Below are positions 18,235-27,466 of a DNA stretch of 64,000 bases, one piece after another. The stretch spans positions 20,451 through 84,450 of IMG/VR virus record IMGVR_UViG_3300048818_000054; one strand, 5' to 3'. The stretch is from a virus. The notes beneath the pieces are model-generated. The model searched no databases. It had not been told where the DNA came from and saw only the letters and a program-made list of their open reading frames with translations. Position 1 is the first letter of the stretch; each line of letters starts with the position of its first letter. The position numbers and the translations under genes were made by a program.

Positions 18235-19157
18235 CATGCAGCCTTTGCGAGTGGAACTACAGGCGTCGGCGGGACGTTATCATTAACGGCCACAATTGGG
18301 AAGGGTCCATCGGCGTCAGGGTTAACAGGCTTCTTGAGCGCGCCCGCAGCGGCAGCGGCCGTCGCATCTGACCCGTATTTGAAGATGAAGCCGGCAATCG
18401 CTCCAAGCATCGTAAGCCCTACTAGAATATAGGTAATCCAGTGATGGTCGCCGCCGATAGACTGCAATTGCGGAACGGTTGCGGTGACGATTGTGCCCAC
18501 CGATCCCGAGGCGGTGACAACGTGCGTGACAATCGGATTGACGGCGGGTTGGACCATATTATCGTCCACTTCCGCCTTCTGATGACCGCCTGCCGAGGTA
18601 ACGTCAACTGGCATTGGCGCTGTCGCGGCGTTCGACCAAGCGTCGGCAGTCTTCTTGCCGTTGGCGATGCGTGCGGCCCAGCCCTTGCCGAACTCTGGCC
18701 ATGTGGCAAGGCGCTCAAGCGTGCCAAGGCGGTGCTGACAAAAGCTGTCGATCAAGCCGTCGATATCGTTGACGGCGGCGAGCGCGGCCATGGTCTTCGG
18801 ACCAAGATCGCCGTCCGCCTGACCGGTGTAGCCGTCCATCGCCTGTTGAAGCCATATGGTAGCGCGGCCGACGCCCGAGTTGACCGAGGCGTCAAAGAAC
18901 GCAAAGTCGAGCCCGATCGGGAAAGCATCGCATTGCCCACGGTCCCAATACTGCGTCTTGTAAATCTCCGCGACCTCGGCGTCCGTGATCGAATAAACGT
19001 CGATCAAAGCCTCGTCGCGCTGCTGCCGCCAAGAATTGTAAGTGCGCTGCGTGATGCCATTGTTCGTCCGACCGCCGGGGTCTTTCGGGTTGTCAACCTT
19101 GCCTCCCTCGTAAACGAGAATGCGGGGCAATGATCGAACAAAATCAGCTTGGGACAC
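18234..19157 (-). CDS. endolysin, glycoside hydrolase family 108 with PG-binding domain and C-terminal TM
   Basis: EGGKVDNPKDPGGRTNNGIT, FDASVNSG, FGKGWAARI; GTG start after AAGGAGG. Confidence 0.92.
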   Translation of the reverse strand: MSQADFVRSLPRILVYEGGKVDNPKDPGGRTNNGITQRTYNSWRQQRDEALIDVYSITDAEVAEIYKTQYWDRGQCDAFPIGLDFAFFDASVNSGVGRATIWLQQAMDGYTGQADGDLGPKTMAALAAVNDIDGLIDSFCQHRLGTLERLATWPEFGKGWAARIANGKKTADAWSNAATAPMPVDVTSAGGHQKAEVDDNMVQPAVNPIVTHVVTASGSVGTIVTATVPQLQSIGGDHHWITYILVGLTMLGAIAGFIFKYGSDATAAAAAGALKKPVNPDADGPFPIVAVNDNVPPTPVVPLAKAA

Positions 19158-19176
19158 GGGGCCCCTCCTTGGCGTG

Positions 19177-19190
19177 TGCAACTAGTTGCA
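19177..19190. repeat. palindrome TGCAACTAGTTGCA, copy 4
   Basis: Upstream of the endolysin. Confidence 0.9.
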
Positions 19191-19202
19191 ATCTTCTCTA
19201 GC

Positions 19203-20798
19203 TCAAATTCCGAGGTAAGGCAACCTTGGGATGACAGTATAGCCGGACGGGATAACCCCGGCAAAGGCCGTGTCACCGAAGTTCATGGTGATGGCACCGC
19301 CAGATGCCGTAAAGCCGGCCACGACCTTCCACGGTATCCCTTCGTCGAAGCCCGACATGCTGTAACCGCCGACTTCCGCGACAGGATCGGGTGGCGCGCT
19401 GCCATTCCAATCCGTGGCCTGCGTAATGTCCTTGTACCAAGCAAGACTGTTGACTACATCGATAGCGACTCCGAACCAGTCACCAGAGGTCGGAACAAAC
19501 GCGAACGCGTTGAACGCCGGACCCTTACTGCCGGCGTTCTCCACGACGTTATTGGTATTGTCGGCTGCTTCCGACTGATAGCTGTCCCAACCGGGCGCGC
19601 TCGCTGTCGAGAAAGCCGACGCGGCGAAACCAACGGCCGTGAGCGTGGCGGCCGTGCTTGCAAACGTCATCTTGAACTCGAAATAATACTTGCCACCCGC
19701 GAGGGATGGGGTGCCAAGAACGCTGCCCGTGAGAGAGGCCGTAGCAATCAAGTCGCCGCCGCTCAGAGTGACGTTCGTTGATTTGTTGGCCGGATCAAGG
19801 GTGATGGGGGCAGGCGTCGAGTAAGCCGGCGCGTCGAACGTCTGAGCGCTGCCAGACGTGTAATTGACGCCGCTGTTCGCGTGCCAAGCCGTCGTGTAAT
19901 GCACGCCATCATCTGAGGATTGCACATAGAAATTATTCGGACATTGCGGATAGTTGCCGCCGTCCGAGCGCGACGTAAGGACCACGCTAGAGCACTCAAC
20001 CGGGCTCCCGCCATAGTTGATGCCGAGCACCTGACCGGTGTTGCCGTCCGAGGCGGACCATAGCGTTCCGCTGTTGCCGTCGAAAGCTTGATCGGCGTCA
20101 TAGGTCGGCGTCGCGTAGGCTTCGGTAGAAAAGTGAGTTCCAACGCCCGTGCTCGTATCGGTGACGCCAGAATAGAACTGAATTTCTTGGAACGCGAAGG
20201 CGGTGTTGCCTTGGTTTTGCAGCATGGCGATTTGCCAATACTGATGCGAGCCCCAAGGCGATACGGACCAAGCAGGGAAGCTCCACGCCACATTGGAGAA
20301 TTGTTGGATATGCGTGGCCTTGGCCCACGGGATGTAAGTCACCGCCGACCAAGCGTTGGTCCAAGACGATCCGTCATCCGACCATTCGACTTCGAAGCCG
20401 GTCGGCATTCCGGAGTAATTGTTATAGTCCGCGCAAAGCGTAACCACGTCCACGATGGCGGTCTTACCGGACCCGCAGTCTATGCCGAGCCACGCGCCGG
20501 AAACCGCGACCTCCCACGGATTGCTGATCGCGCTATCGTAATTGCCATCGAAAGCGAGAGAGCCGACATTGCTGCCGACGTGGCTGCTTTCCAGATAGGT
20601 GCCACCCGGCCCGGAAACCGTGTCCGCCAGATTGACGGCGTTGAACGATCCGTACGGGCCGACAAACTCGGCCTGCTTGATATAGAAGTCCCCGCCCGAA
20701 CCAGCGCCGACAAAGTTCGCGATGCGCCAATAACGATGCCCCGTGGGCGCGCCGCCGCCTGAAGACTTGTGCGCGATGCACGCTAGCAGTTGCTTCAT
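19203..20798 (-). CDS. tail fibre/receptor-binding protein (two discoidin F5/8-like modules + SPRY/ConA-like domain)
   Basis: Repeated AFDG...W...L.I...P..F.V..SDDG..W; TLDP...LSGGDL...GKYYFE...GVAID. Confidence 0.7.
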   Translation of the reverse strand: MKQLLACIAHKSSGGGAPTGHRYWRIANFVGAGSGGDFYIKQAEFVGPYGSFNAVNLADTVSGPGGTYLESSHVGSNVGSLAFDGNYDSAISNPWEVAVSGAWLGIDCGSGKTAIVDVVTLCADYNNYSGMPTGFEVEWSDDGSSWTNAWSAVTYIPWAKATHIQQFSNVAWSFPAWSVSPWGSHQYWQIAMLQNQGNTAFAFQEIQFYSGVTDTSTGVGTHFSTEAYATPTYDADQAFDGNSGTLWSASDGNTGQVLGINYGGSPVECSSVVLTSRSDGGNYPQCPNNFYVQSSDDGVHYTTAWHANSGVNYTSGSAQTFDAPAYSTPAPITLDPANKSTNVTLSGGDLIATASLTGSVLGTPSLAGGKYYFEFKMTFASTAATLTAVGFAASAFSTASAPGWDSYQSEAADNTNNVVENAGSKGPAFNAFAFVPTSGDWFGVAIDVVNSLAWYKDITQATDWNGSAPPDPVAEVGGYSMSGFDEGIPWKVVAGFTASGGAITMNFGDTAFAGVIPSGYTVIPRLPYLGI

Positions 20799-20800
20799 AA

Positions 20801-22819
20801 TCACGCGGCGTCTCCCGTCAAAATCCACTCATCCGTGCCCATCTTCGTGAGCGCGAGCACGGAGAATTGCGCGCGGGTGTTCAGCGAAGTCAAGGCATTA
20901 TCGATCGTCACGCCGATGCCCGCCGCAACCGAAAGCTGCCCCACACCCATCTGGTCCACGATGATTGAGCAGCCAATGTCAAAAGCGACCGAGCTATTGG
21001 GCGGGACGGTGAAGGTCAAAGCCGTCGCCTTATTGCCGCGAACCCACGTATTCTCGTCTCCAAGGACGAAGATGTAGTTGGCCGTCTGCGACGTGATGGT
21101 GACGTTCGCGCTGGGTAGAGCCTTCGCTTCCCATTTCGTCGCACCGTTATTCCAGTAGAGCACGAAACCATCAATGCCCGAGCCGGGCGTAACCGACACG
21201 TCGAAGAGATATTGAAGACCGGGAGTACCGGCAACCCATTTCGAAGTTCCATTGTTCCATTGGAGGAAATCGCCGTTGATGCCCGATCCTTCCGTGACAT
21301 TCACGTCGATAAGAGCGGCAAGGGTGGTGACCAGCGTAGGCTTGCCGGTCAAATCCGAATAGGCCCCCGTGATGGCGACGGTCGCTAACGTTGGCACCGT
21401 TAGCGTGCAATCCCATGTGTCCGTCCCGGATTTTATGAGGCGTGCGATCGTGTAGCGCGCGAGCATCACAAGCCCGGCCGGCGCGTTGATGGTGACGCCG
21501 CCAGTCGCAACGATGGTGGTTATGCCGGCCCCGATTTGCTGCACGTCGATAACCGTGCCGATGGGATATGGGACCGAAGAGTTCAGGGGGACCGTGAGGT
21601 TGTTTGCCGAGGCGTTGCTCATGGTGATAAGCGCGCCTTCGTCAGCAATGACGGTCGTGTAGCTTACGGTCTGGGCATTGACGCTGGTATAAACCGGGCC
21701 TTCGTCCGCACCGCTTGCGCCCGACAAAGTGGCCTGCCAAACGTTCGTCCCGACCTTGAACAAGGTGGCGACCGAATATTGACCGCCAAAGGTCAAGTCG
21801 CTGTCCTCTGAGTGAATAGTCACGCCCACGCCGGCCACAAGCGTTGTGACGCCAGCCCCGGACTGCCCGACGTAAAGTATGGTCCCAATCGGGAAGGCGA
21901 CCGAGCTATTCGGGGGAACCACGCAATTGTTGGCGCTCGCGTCGAACATGTCCACGAAGGTTGAAGCGTCGCTAATCGCCAACGTGTAATTCGAGGTTTG
22001 TTGATTGTAGCCGAGGATGCCGGGGATCGTGGGAGCCCACGCCGCGCCGTTCCACGCAAGCACCTTGCCGGTAGCGAGGCCGGTATAGGTCACGTCGGCA
22101 ACGGAGGACAGCGCCGCCACGACCACGGACGGGCTCTTGGCCTCCCATTTCGAGGCTCCGTTGTTCCAATAGAGCACGTACCCGTCGATCCCGGCACCTT
22201 CCGTCACGGTCACGTCGGTAAGAGCGGCGAGCGTCGTTATGAGGGCTTTCGCCTCCCACGTTGAGGCTCCATTATTCCAGTAGAGCACCTTGCCGTCGAT
22301 ACCCGCTCCTTCGGTCACCGTAACGTCGGTCAAAGCCGCAAGCGTGGTGGTGGCCGAGGGCAGCGTCTCAGGCGTCCATTTGGACGTTCCGCTCTCCCAC
22401 ATGAGGACTTGCCCATTGGTAGGCGAGGTCGCGGCAACATTCGTCAAGTCGTCAAGCACGGTCGGCGTGCCGCTCGCGTCCGTGGTCCAATAGCCGCCAC
22501 CCGAGCCCTGATAGGTGATGAAGGTGCTCGTATAGGCGTCATACATGCGGAGCTTGAGCGGCGGCGTGACGAACTGCCAACCGTTGTAATAGAACGTCAA
22601 GGTGCCCTGAAGCTGCCCAGCCCACGCGCCAGTAGGAGAAGACCCTATAATGTAGGCGTCCCCTTCGGCCGGCGAGCCGGGCGGCGTGTTCATACCGTTT
22701 TCCAGCACCGATCCACGGAACACCGCGTCGATCAAAACCATGGCGGTGTTGAAGACGGCTTCCTTCTGCGCTTGGCTTGTCGTCATCAAGCCGATGCCTA
22801 GGATAGGAGTAAAGCTCAT
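20801..22819 (-). CDS. tail fibre protein with DUF2793-like N-terminus and internal repeats
   Basis: QAQKEAVFN..M...PPGSPAEGDAYII...GAWAG; repeats DVTVTEGAGIDG.VLYWNNGASxW and TVP.NSSV.FPIG. Confidence 0.8.
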   Translation of the reverse strand: MSFTPILGIGLMTTSQAQKEAVFNTAMVLIDAVFRGSVLENGMNTPPGSPAEGDAYIIGSSPTGAWAGQLQGTLTFYYNGWQFVTPPLKLRMYDAYTSTFITYQGSGGGYWTTDASGTPTVLDDLTNVAATSPTNGQVLMWESGTSKWTPETLPSATTTLAALTDVTVTEGAGIDGKVLYWNNGASTWEAKALITTLAALTDVTVTEGAGIDGYVLYWNNGASKWEAKSPSVVVAALSSVADVTYTGLATGKVLAWNGAAWAPTIPGILGYNQQTSNYTLAISDASTFVDMFDASANNCVVPPNSSVAFPIGTILYVGQSGAGVTTLVAGVGVTIHSEDSDLTFGGQYSVATLFKVGTNVWQATLSGASGADEGPVYTSVNAQTVSYTTVIADEGALITMSNASANNLTVPLNSSVPYPIGTVIDVQQIGAGITTIVATGGVTINAPAGLVMLARYTIARLIKSGTDTWDCTLTVPTLATVAITGAYSDLTGKPTLVTTLAALIDVNVTEGSGINGDFLQWNNGTSKWVAGTPGLQYLFDVSVTPGSGIDGFVLYWNNGATKWEAKALPSANVTITSQTANYIFVLGDENTWVRGNKATALTFTVPPNSSVAFDIGCSIIVDQMGVGQLSVAAGIGVTIDNALTSLNTRAQFSVLALTKMGTDEWILTGDAA

Positions 22820-25494
22820 GGCACTTGTATCCCGATTGGAAAGCCTCGACCGACTTTCTGGCTGATCTGGTAAATCACAAGGTAGACTTCGGCGGGCGGG
22901 CTGACGACGCTATAGTCAGCCTCCTGATCCGCATGGGTGTAATCCCAAGTGTAGCCGAGCGCGCCGACCGATGGCACAAGCGGATAGGTGTTTAGCACGG
23001 TACCGTTGGGCGCGGATAGCACGTCCACCGAATAGGTCTCCGGAAGGTCATTGGCCGGCAAGGTGATATCCCCACCCGACAGCCATTGTCCGTTCTGGCG
23101 CGTGCGCGGAACCCAAGCCACCGTGATATCGCCGTTGGTAGCCCTGAATTTTTGCGTCACATGGACCGTATAGGGCCTGAAGCTGTTGCCGGTATCGCTG
23201 AAGGTGAAGCTGATCTGGTCGGCCGCGTTCGAATTGATCGAAACGTCGTGGAACGTATCGGTCTGATTGAGGTCGGCAAGCGTCGTGATGACCCGATTAT
23301 ATCCCTCGGTGACGCGAACGAAGTCCTCGCCCGTTACGTGCGTGTCCATCAAGCGCTCGGTGCCGCGCAGTCCGCGCATGAAGGTCGTCAGACGAAACAG
23401 GCCGTTTCCTAGATTTTGGGCGTTGGCGAACTGGACAAGCTCTTGGCCTATGAAGGTCACGTTCAGAGCTTGGAAAAGAAGATCGCTTTCGGTAGCAGAA
23501 ACCAAACCCATCCCGTTGATAATGCGGACAACAATGCTGCTCTCACGGTCCCAATAGCAAGGGTTCATGCCGGGCGCTAGGGCGTCCAAGGCGACACCGT
23601 GGGGAACATTGACTTGAGACGTGGCAATGCCCTGCCACGCGGAGCCTGACGAAGGATTGATTATGTCCTGACCATAGGCTTGCGAGACGGACGGCGCGGC
23701 AGCGTCAACGAACAGCGTCCCGCCCTGCCACTGAATGCGTGAACCGGCGAGGATGACGTAAAATCCCGGAACGTCGGCGTCTGAGTCAGTCAGCAACGGG
23801 CAGTCATAGAGGTAGCTAAAGGTTGACGACGTGCCGGGGAGCACGGTCGCTCCAGCGCCCGATCCTGACGATATATCGACGCCCACGGTCTGCGACGGGT
23901 TGACGGACGGGTCCACATAATAGTGGTCCACGAACTGCGCCTTTATCAGGCCGTTAGCCCCCACTTCAAGTTGCGTGCAAAGGTACTCGTCGAACAATTC
24001 CGTGTTGTACTTGTTCTGAACTTTCACAACGTCGGTAGGCTCCAACGTGATGTATTTGCGAGGCAATTGAATGCTGATGATCTTACGCGCGAACATGCGA
24101 TTGGCGAGCATTTGAATAACAGCGCCTTGCGCGTCAGCACGATCAAGAGCTATCGTCAAATCCACCTTTTCGATCAAGGTTGAAGGCGTATTGTAGCGCG
24201 CGGCGTAGAGTTCGTTGGGCGAGTAATTCCGCGCTGGCTCCTGATATTTCAAATCTATGCGCTGCGGAAGGTCATAGTCCGACGTGCGCTGAATTTGCTC
24301 GCGGACCGGCAACGGGTCGGTATCGGCGTGCGCGCCAAAGTCGCCTCGCTGAAGGATTTGCGACGCACGGACATTGACCTCTCCAAACACGATTTTATAG
24401 CCGCTCTCCGCGCCATTGATCGGGAAAACCTTCTGAAGGTCTTGCAGGATTTGGCGGGCGCTCGTAACCGTGGTCACGCAAAAGCCGGGGAAAATCGTGT
24501 CCGTAAAGTTGAATTGGAACTGCTCGACCGTGAGGCCGGCCTGAAGGCAAATGCCCTGCATAACGTCAATGAGCGTGGTCGTGCCGCCCGGCGTGGTTTG
24601 GACTTCGGCCGTGATGCTTGGGACGTTGTTTCCGAAGTCCATAAGCTGAAGGTTCGTGATGACGAAATAGCAGCAATTGCGGAAGGCGGGCGCATTGCCC
24701 GCGCCGAGATAGCCTTCGAGCAAGCCGTTGGGGGCCTGTTCGTCATCGCCAAGGTAGACCTCGATAAGGTCGAACCGGTTGATTTGCTGCTCGTACTGAT
24801 CCTGATTGTTCAGTCCGGAATAAAGCTGAGAGATAACATTCGTCACGCCAGCGCTGTCCGGGTAGAGGATGGCGTCAAAAATGCCCCCAGGGTCGGCCGG
24901 GGCTTCATCCACGATCGGATGCGCCATGATGTAGCCCACGGCGTCGGCCGGCGAAGAAAGCGTAACTTCGGTCGTGTCGAAATTGTTGAACGCGAACACG
25001 AAAGCACTCGCGGCGGCATAGTCCAGCGACACACCTTCTTCGTCAATTAGACGGGTCGCTTCGGACTGATAGGCGGCGTCGAAAGCTTGGTTCGAAGTAG
25101 CGGCCACGATCGGATTGACATAGAGCAGCTTTTGGTTAGCCCAGACGCGGTTCAACTGGTAAACCGGTCCGGCGCAGACGCCCCAAGCGCCGTCAACCGA
25201 GTACGTGAAGGTGTAGTTCTTGACGGCGTTGCCCGTCAGCATTCCCTTGCCGCCCCCGCCCTTCTTGCTGGCCTGATGGGTGTGCATGGTCTCGATAAGC
25301 TCTGACGCGAAGATCATTTGCGTGGGGAGCTTCATGGTGCCCCACACCTGAATAATCGGCTGGCCGGGCGATACCGACGTGACGTTGATATCGGACAGGC
25401 GCGAGCCATAGGTGTCCGGCTTCTTCGGCGTGAAAAGCGCCGTAAGCAACATCCCGCCAAGACTGACGACAAGGCCGACAAGGAGCATAGCCAT
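22816..25494 (-). CDS. tail tip / host-specificity protein (GTA/lambda J-like central fibre)
   Basis: YGSRL...PGQPI..VWGTM, APAFR..CY.VI..LQL.DFGN.VP, RGLRGTE, W.PR.R. Confidence 0.85.
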   Translation of the reverse strand: MAMLLVGLVVSLGGMLLTALFTPKKPDTYGSRLSDINVTSVSPGQPIIQVWGTMKLPTQMIFASELIETMHTHQASKKGGGGKGMLTGNAVKNYTFTYSVDGAWGVCAGPVYQLNRVWANQKLLYVNPIVAATSNQAFDAAYQSEATRLIDEEGVSLDYAAASAFVFAFNNFDTTEVTLSSPADAVGYIMAHPIVDEAPADPGGIFDAILYPDSAGVTNVISQLYSGLNNQDQYEQQINRFDLIEVYLGDDEQAPNGLLEGYLGAGNAPAFRNCCYFVITNLQLMDFGNNVPSITAEVQTTPGGTTTLIDVMQGICLQAGLTVEQFQFNFTDTIFPGFCVTTVTSARQILQDLQKVFPINGAESGYKIVFGEVNVRASQILQRGDFGAHADTDPLPVREQIQRTSDYDLPQRIDLKYQEPARNYSPNELYAARYNTPSTLIEKVDLTIALDRADAQGAVIQMLANRMFARKIISIQLPRKYITLEPTDVVKVQNKYNTELFDEYLCTQLEVGANGLIKAQFVDHYYVDPSVNPSQTVGVDISSGSGAGATVLPGTSSTFSYLYDCPLLTDSDADVPGFYVILAGSRIQWQGGTLFVDAAAPSVSQAYGQDIINPSSGSAWQGIATSQVNVPHGVALDALAPGMNPCYWDRESSIVVRIINGMGLVSATESDLLFQALNVTFIGQELVQFANAQNLGNGLFRLTTFMRGLRGTERLMDTHVTGEDFVRVTEGYNRVITTLADLNQTDTFHDVSINSNAADQISFTFSDTGNSFRPYTVHVTQKFRATNGDITVAWVPRTRQNGQWLSGGDITLPANDLPETYSVDVLSAPNGTVLNTYPLVPSVGALGYTWDYTHADQEADYSVVSPPAEVYLVIYQISQKVGRGFPIGIQVP

Positions 25495-25959
25495 TTAGTA
25501 GGTTTCCTCCGTGCCCGGCAGATTGTAGAGGCAATGGAATTTCTGAACCCAGATGCGATTGTAGCTCTGCTCTACCACCTTTTGGAATTTGCTGAAGGAA
25601 TGAATGACGGTCAGCCTGCCGCTGATCTCTCCGATGAAAGCGAAATGCTGCGGTTCGGACGGATGCCAGCCCCAATAGACGCATAGATCGCCGGGGATGG
25701 GCACTTGGCGGGCCGGCTTCCATAGTTGAGCGTCACATGGCGTGAGCAACTGATGCCCCTGTGGCATAGAGCTATAGGCGTGTGGCGCGTCCACCGGATG
25801 GCCCATGTCTTTGCAGACCTCGATAAGGAGCCCGACGCAATCTATGCCCTTCCTGCCCCTTCCTTGATGAAGGTAAGGCGCGCCTACCCAATTGCGCGCG
25901 GCGGCGACGATCGCTCTGCGCTTCAAAACGTAGTCCACCGGTAGCTGTTCGGGCGTCAT
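25495..25959 (-). CDS. NlpC/P60 tail-tip peptidase
   Basis: AR.WVGAPYLHQGR..KGIDCVGL...H; start by ATGA overlap. Confidence 0.9.
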   Translation of the reverse strand: MTPEQLPVDYVLKRRAIVAAARNWVGAPYLHQGRGRKGIDCVGLLIEVCKDMGHPVDAPHAYSSMPQGHQLLTPCDAQLWKPARQVPIPGDLCVYWGWHPSEPQHFAFIGEISGRLTVIHSFSKFQKVVEQSYNRIWVQKFHCLYNLPGTEETY

Positions 25960-26528
25960 TTGGTTTGCCTCGGAGCGTAGCCTTGCGAGGAAATGTTCGG
26001 CGTAGCCAATGCCCTCTCTTCGGTCGGCATGTCCGGGAACGCACGATGGTTGTCCAAATTGTTGAATTGCTGACACGAAAGCCTGATCTTGGCGCAGCCC
26101 ACGGTAGCTTCGAACGTGTCACCGGGCAGGATAGCGTTGGGGAACTTTTCGAGACAGAAAATGTACGGAATTCCGGCTGACGCGCCCAAGCTGTCACGCA
26201 CGGCGGACGAAAGCCCGGTGTTCCCTCCCGTCAACCAAGTAATGGTGCCGTACTGGAAATAGTGATCTGGATAATCGACCAAGCCGTGCTGGAATATCGC
26301 GGAATTTATCATGCCGAGCGGGTTGACGGTGCCAACCACAGTGCGGGCGAATATCGCGGTCCAAACCATCCCACCGTCAGTCACGGTTGCGTATTCTGTC
26401 GTGGGCCACGACGGTTCGCTACCGCCACTCTCAGCGGTCACGGCAATGTAATTCGGGGGGTCGGCCACAACTGCGCCTATCCCGCCTTGCAGCGGGTTAA
26501 ACGGGCCGTATGAGTTCTTGCCACCCAT
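25956..26528 (-). CDS. tail hub protein, C-terminal (BR0599-like) part
   Basis: YFQYG.ITWLTGGN.G, GCAK..LSC..FNN..N.RAFPDMP. Confidence 0.75.
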   Translation of the reverse strand: MGGKNSYGPFNPLQGGIGAVVADPPNYIAVTAESGGSEPSWPTTEYATVTDGGMVWTAIFARTVVGTVNPLGMINSAIFQHGLVDYPDHYFQYGTITWLTGGNTGLSSAVRDSLGASAGIPYIFCLEKFPNAILPGDTFEATVGCAKIRLSCQQFNNLDNHRAFPDMPTEERALATPNISSQGYAPRQTK

Positions 26529-27466
26529 TAGATTTTGATCCCGAAGATATCGACTGGCTCGCCCACATAGACGAACTCTTGAAGGTTATCGAAGGCCGGT
26601 CCTACTGCAATTTGCGTGTTGTCGTTTGGCCCGAGGTCATCGTTTGACGATAAGCCTTGTCCCGGCACCGTTGGCGCGCGCTCGGCCGAGGCGTCATAGG
26701 TCGTCAACGGCGTCACGGGGGTTGCTTCGGTCGATCCGCCGACATACTCGTCTCCGGTTAGCCACACGATGCCGTCGCCTTGAGAAACCGAACTAGCCGC
26801 CACACCGGTAGCAAGAGAGGGTCCGCGCGTCGTGTACTGGGCGACATACCAGAAATTCTTCGACGCCGGGTGTGCAGTCTGATGTGCGGCCGATGCCTGA
26901 ACTATGTCCCCAATGCCAGCGTCCGTGAGCAGGCCGAGCCGGTAGGTGTGGTTGGCCTGCCAAGCCGGGACAGCAAGCTTGACCTTGCACCGAGCGTCGC
27001 CAAGCTGCGCCCCGCATTGCAGCGTGTAGAAATAGCCGAACGGTTGCTGAAGCTGTTGAAATAGTGAGCGAAGCTGCGTGGTCCATTGGCCGTCTTTGAT
27101 GATGATCTCGCCAAGAATGCCGCCGCGCAGCGGAACCACGCCCCACTCAGGATGGTAGCGACAAATCCAGAAAACTTGCACGACCGCGCTGTCCCATACG
27201 CCGCTCGCCAAATCCTGCTCGGTTATCAGTTCGTTGTCGAGCGCTTGGCATTCGAGGTTGTCCACCGAGAAATCGGCCTTGCTCATGATGGCGGACGGGT
27301 TGAAGCCGTTCGTCGGGGTGTAAACGTCCACGCCATACGTGAACGGAATGTCTGAAGACGTGAAACCGAAGCGCTGCCCGTCTTTCCGCACGATTAGCCA
27401 GCCGGTATCGATCCGGGCAGTCTGGCTCTTCAGTTCGTTGAACAGGGGAGCGGGGATGCCTCTCAT
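26528..27466 (-). CDS. tail hub protein, N-terminal (DUF2163-like) part
   Basis: RKDG..FGFT..D, SVDNLE, DL.SG.WD.A, CGAQLGDARCKV. Confidence 0.8.
   Translation of the reverse strand: MRGIPAPLFNELKSQTARIDTGWLIVRKDGQRFGFTSSDIPFTYGVDVYTPTNGFNPSAIMSKADFSVDNLECQALDNELITEQDLASGVWDSAVVQVFWICRYHPEWGVVPLRGGILGEIIIKDGQWTTQLRSLFQQLQQPFGYFYTLQCGAQLGDARCKVKLAVPAWQANHTYRLGLLTDAGIGDIVQASAAHQTAHPASKNFWYVAQYTTRGPSLATGVAASSVSQGDGIVWLTGDEYVGGSTEATPVTPLTTYDASAERAPTVPGQGLSSNDDLGPNDNTQIAVGPAFDNLQEFVYVGEPVDIFGIKI

Noticed and set aside
19203-22819. Diversity-generating retroelement acting on the fibre genes
   Set aside because: No reverse transcriptase and no template/variable repeat pair differing at adenines.
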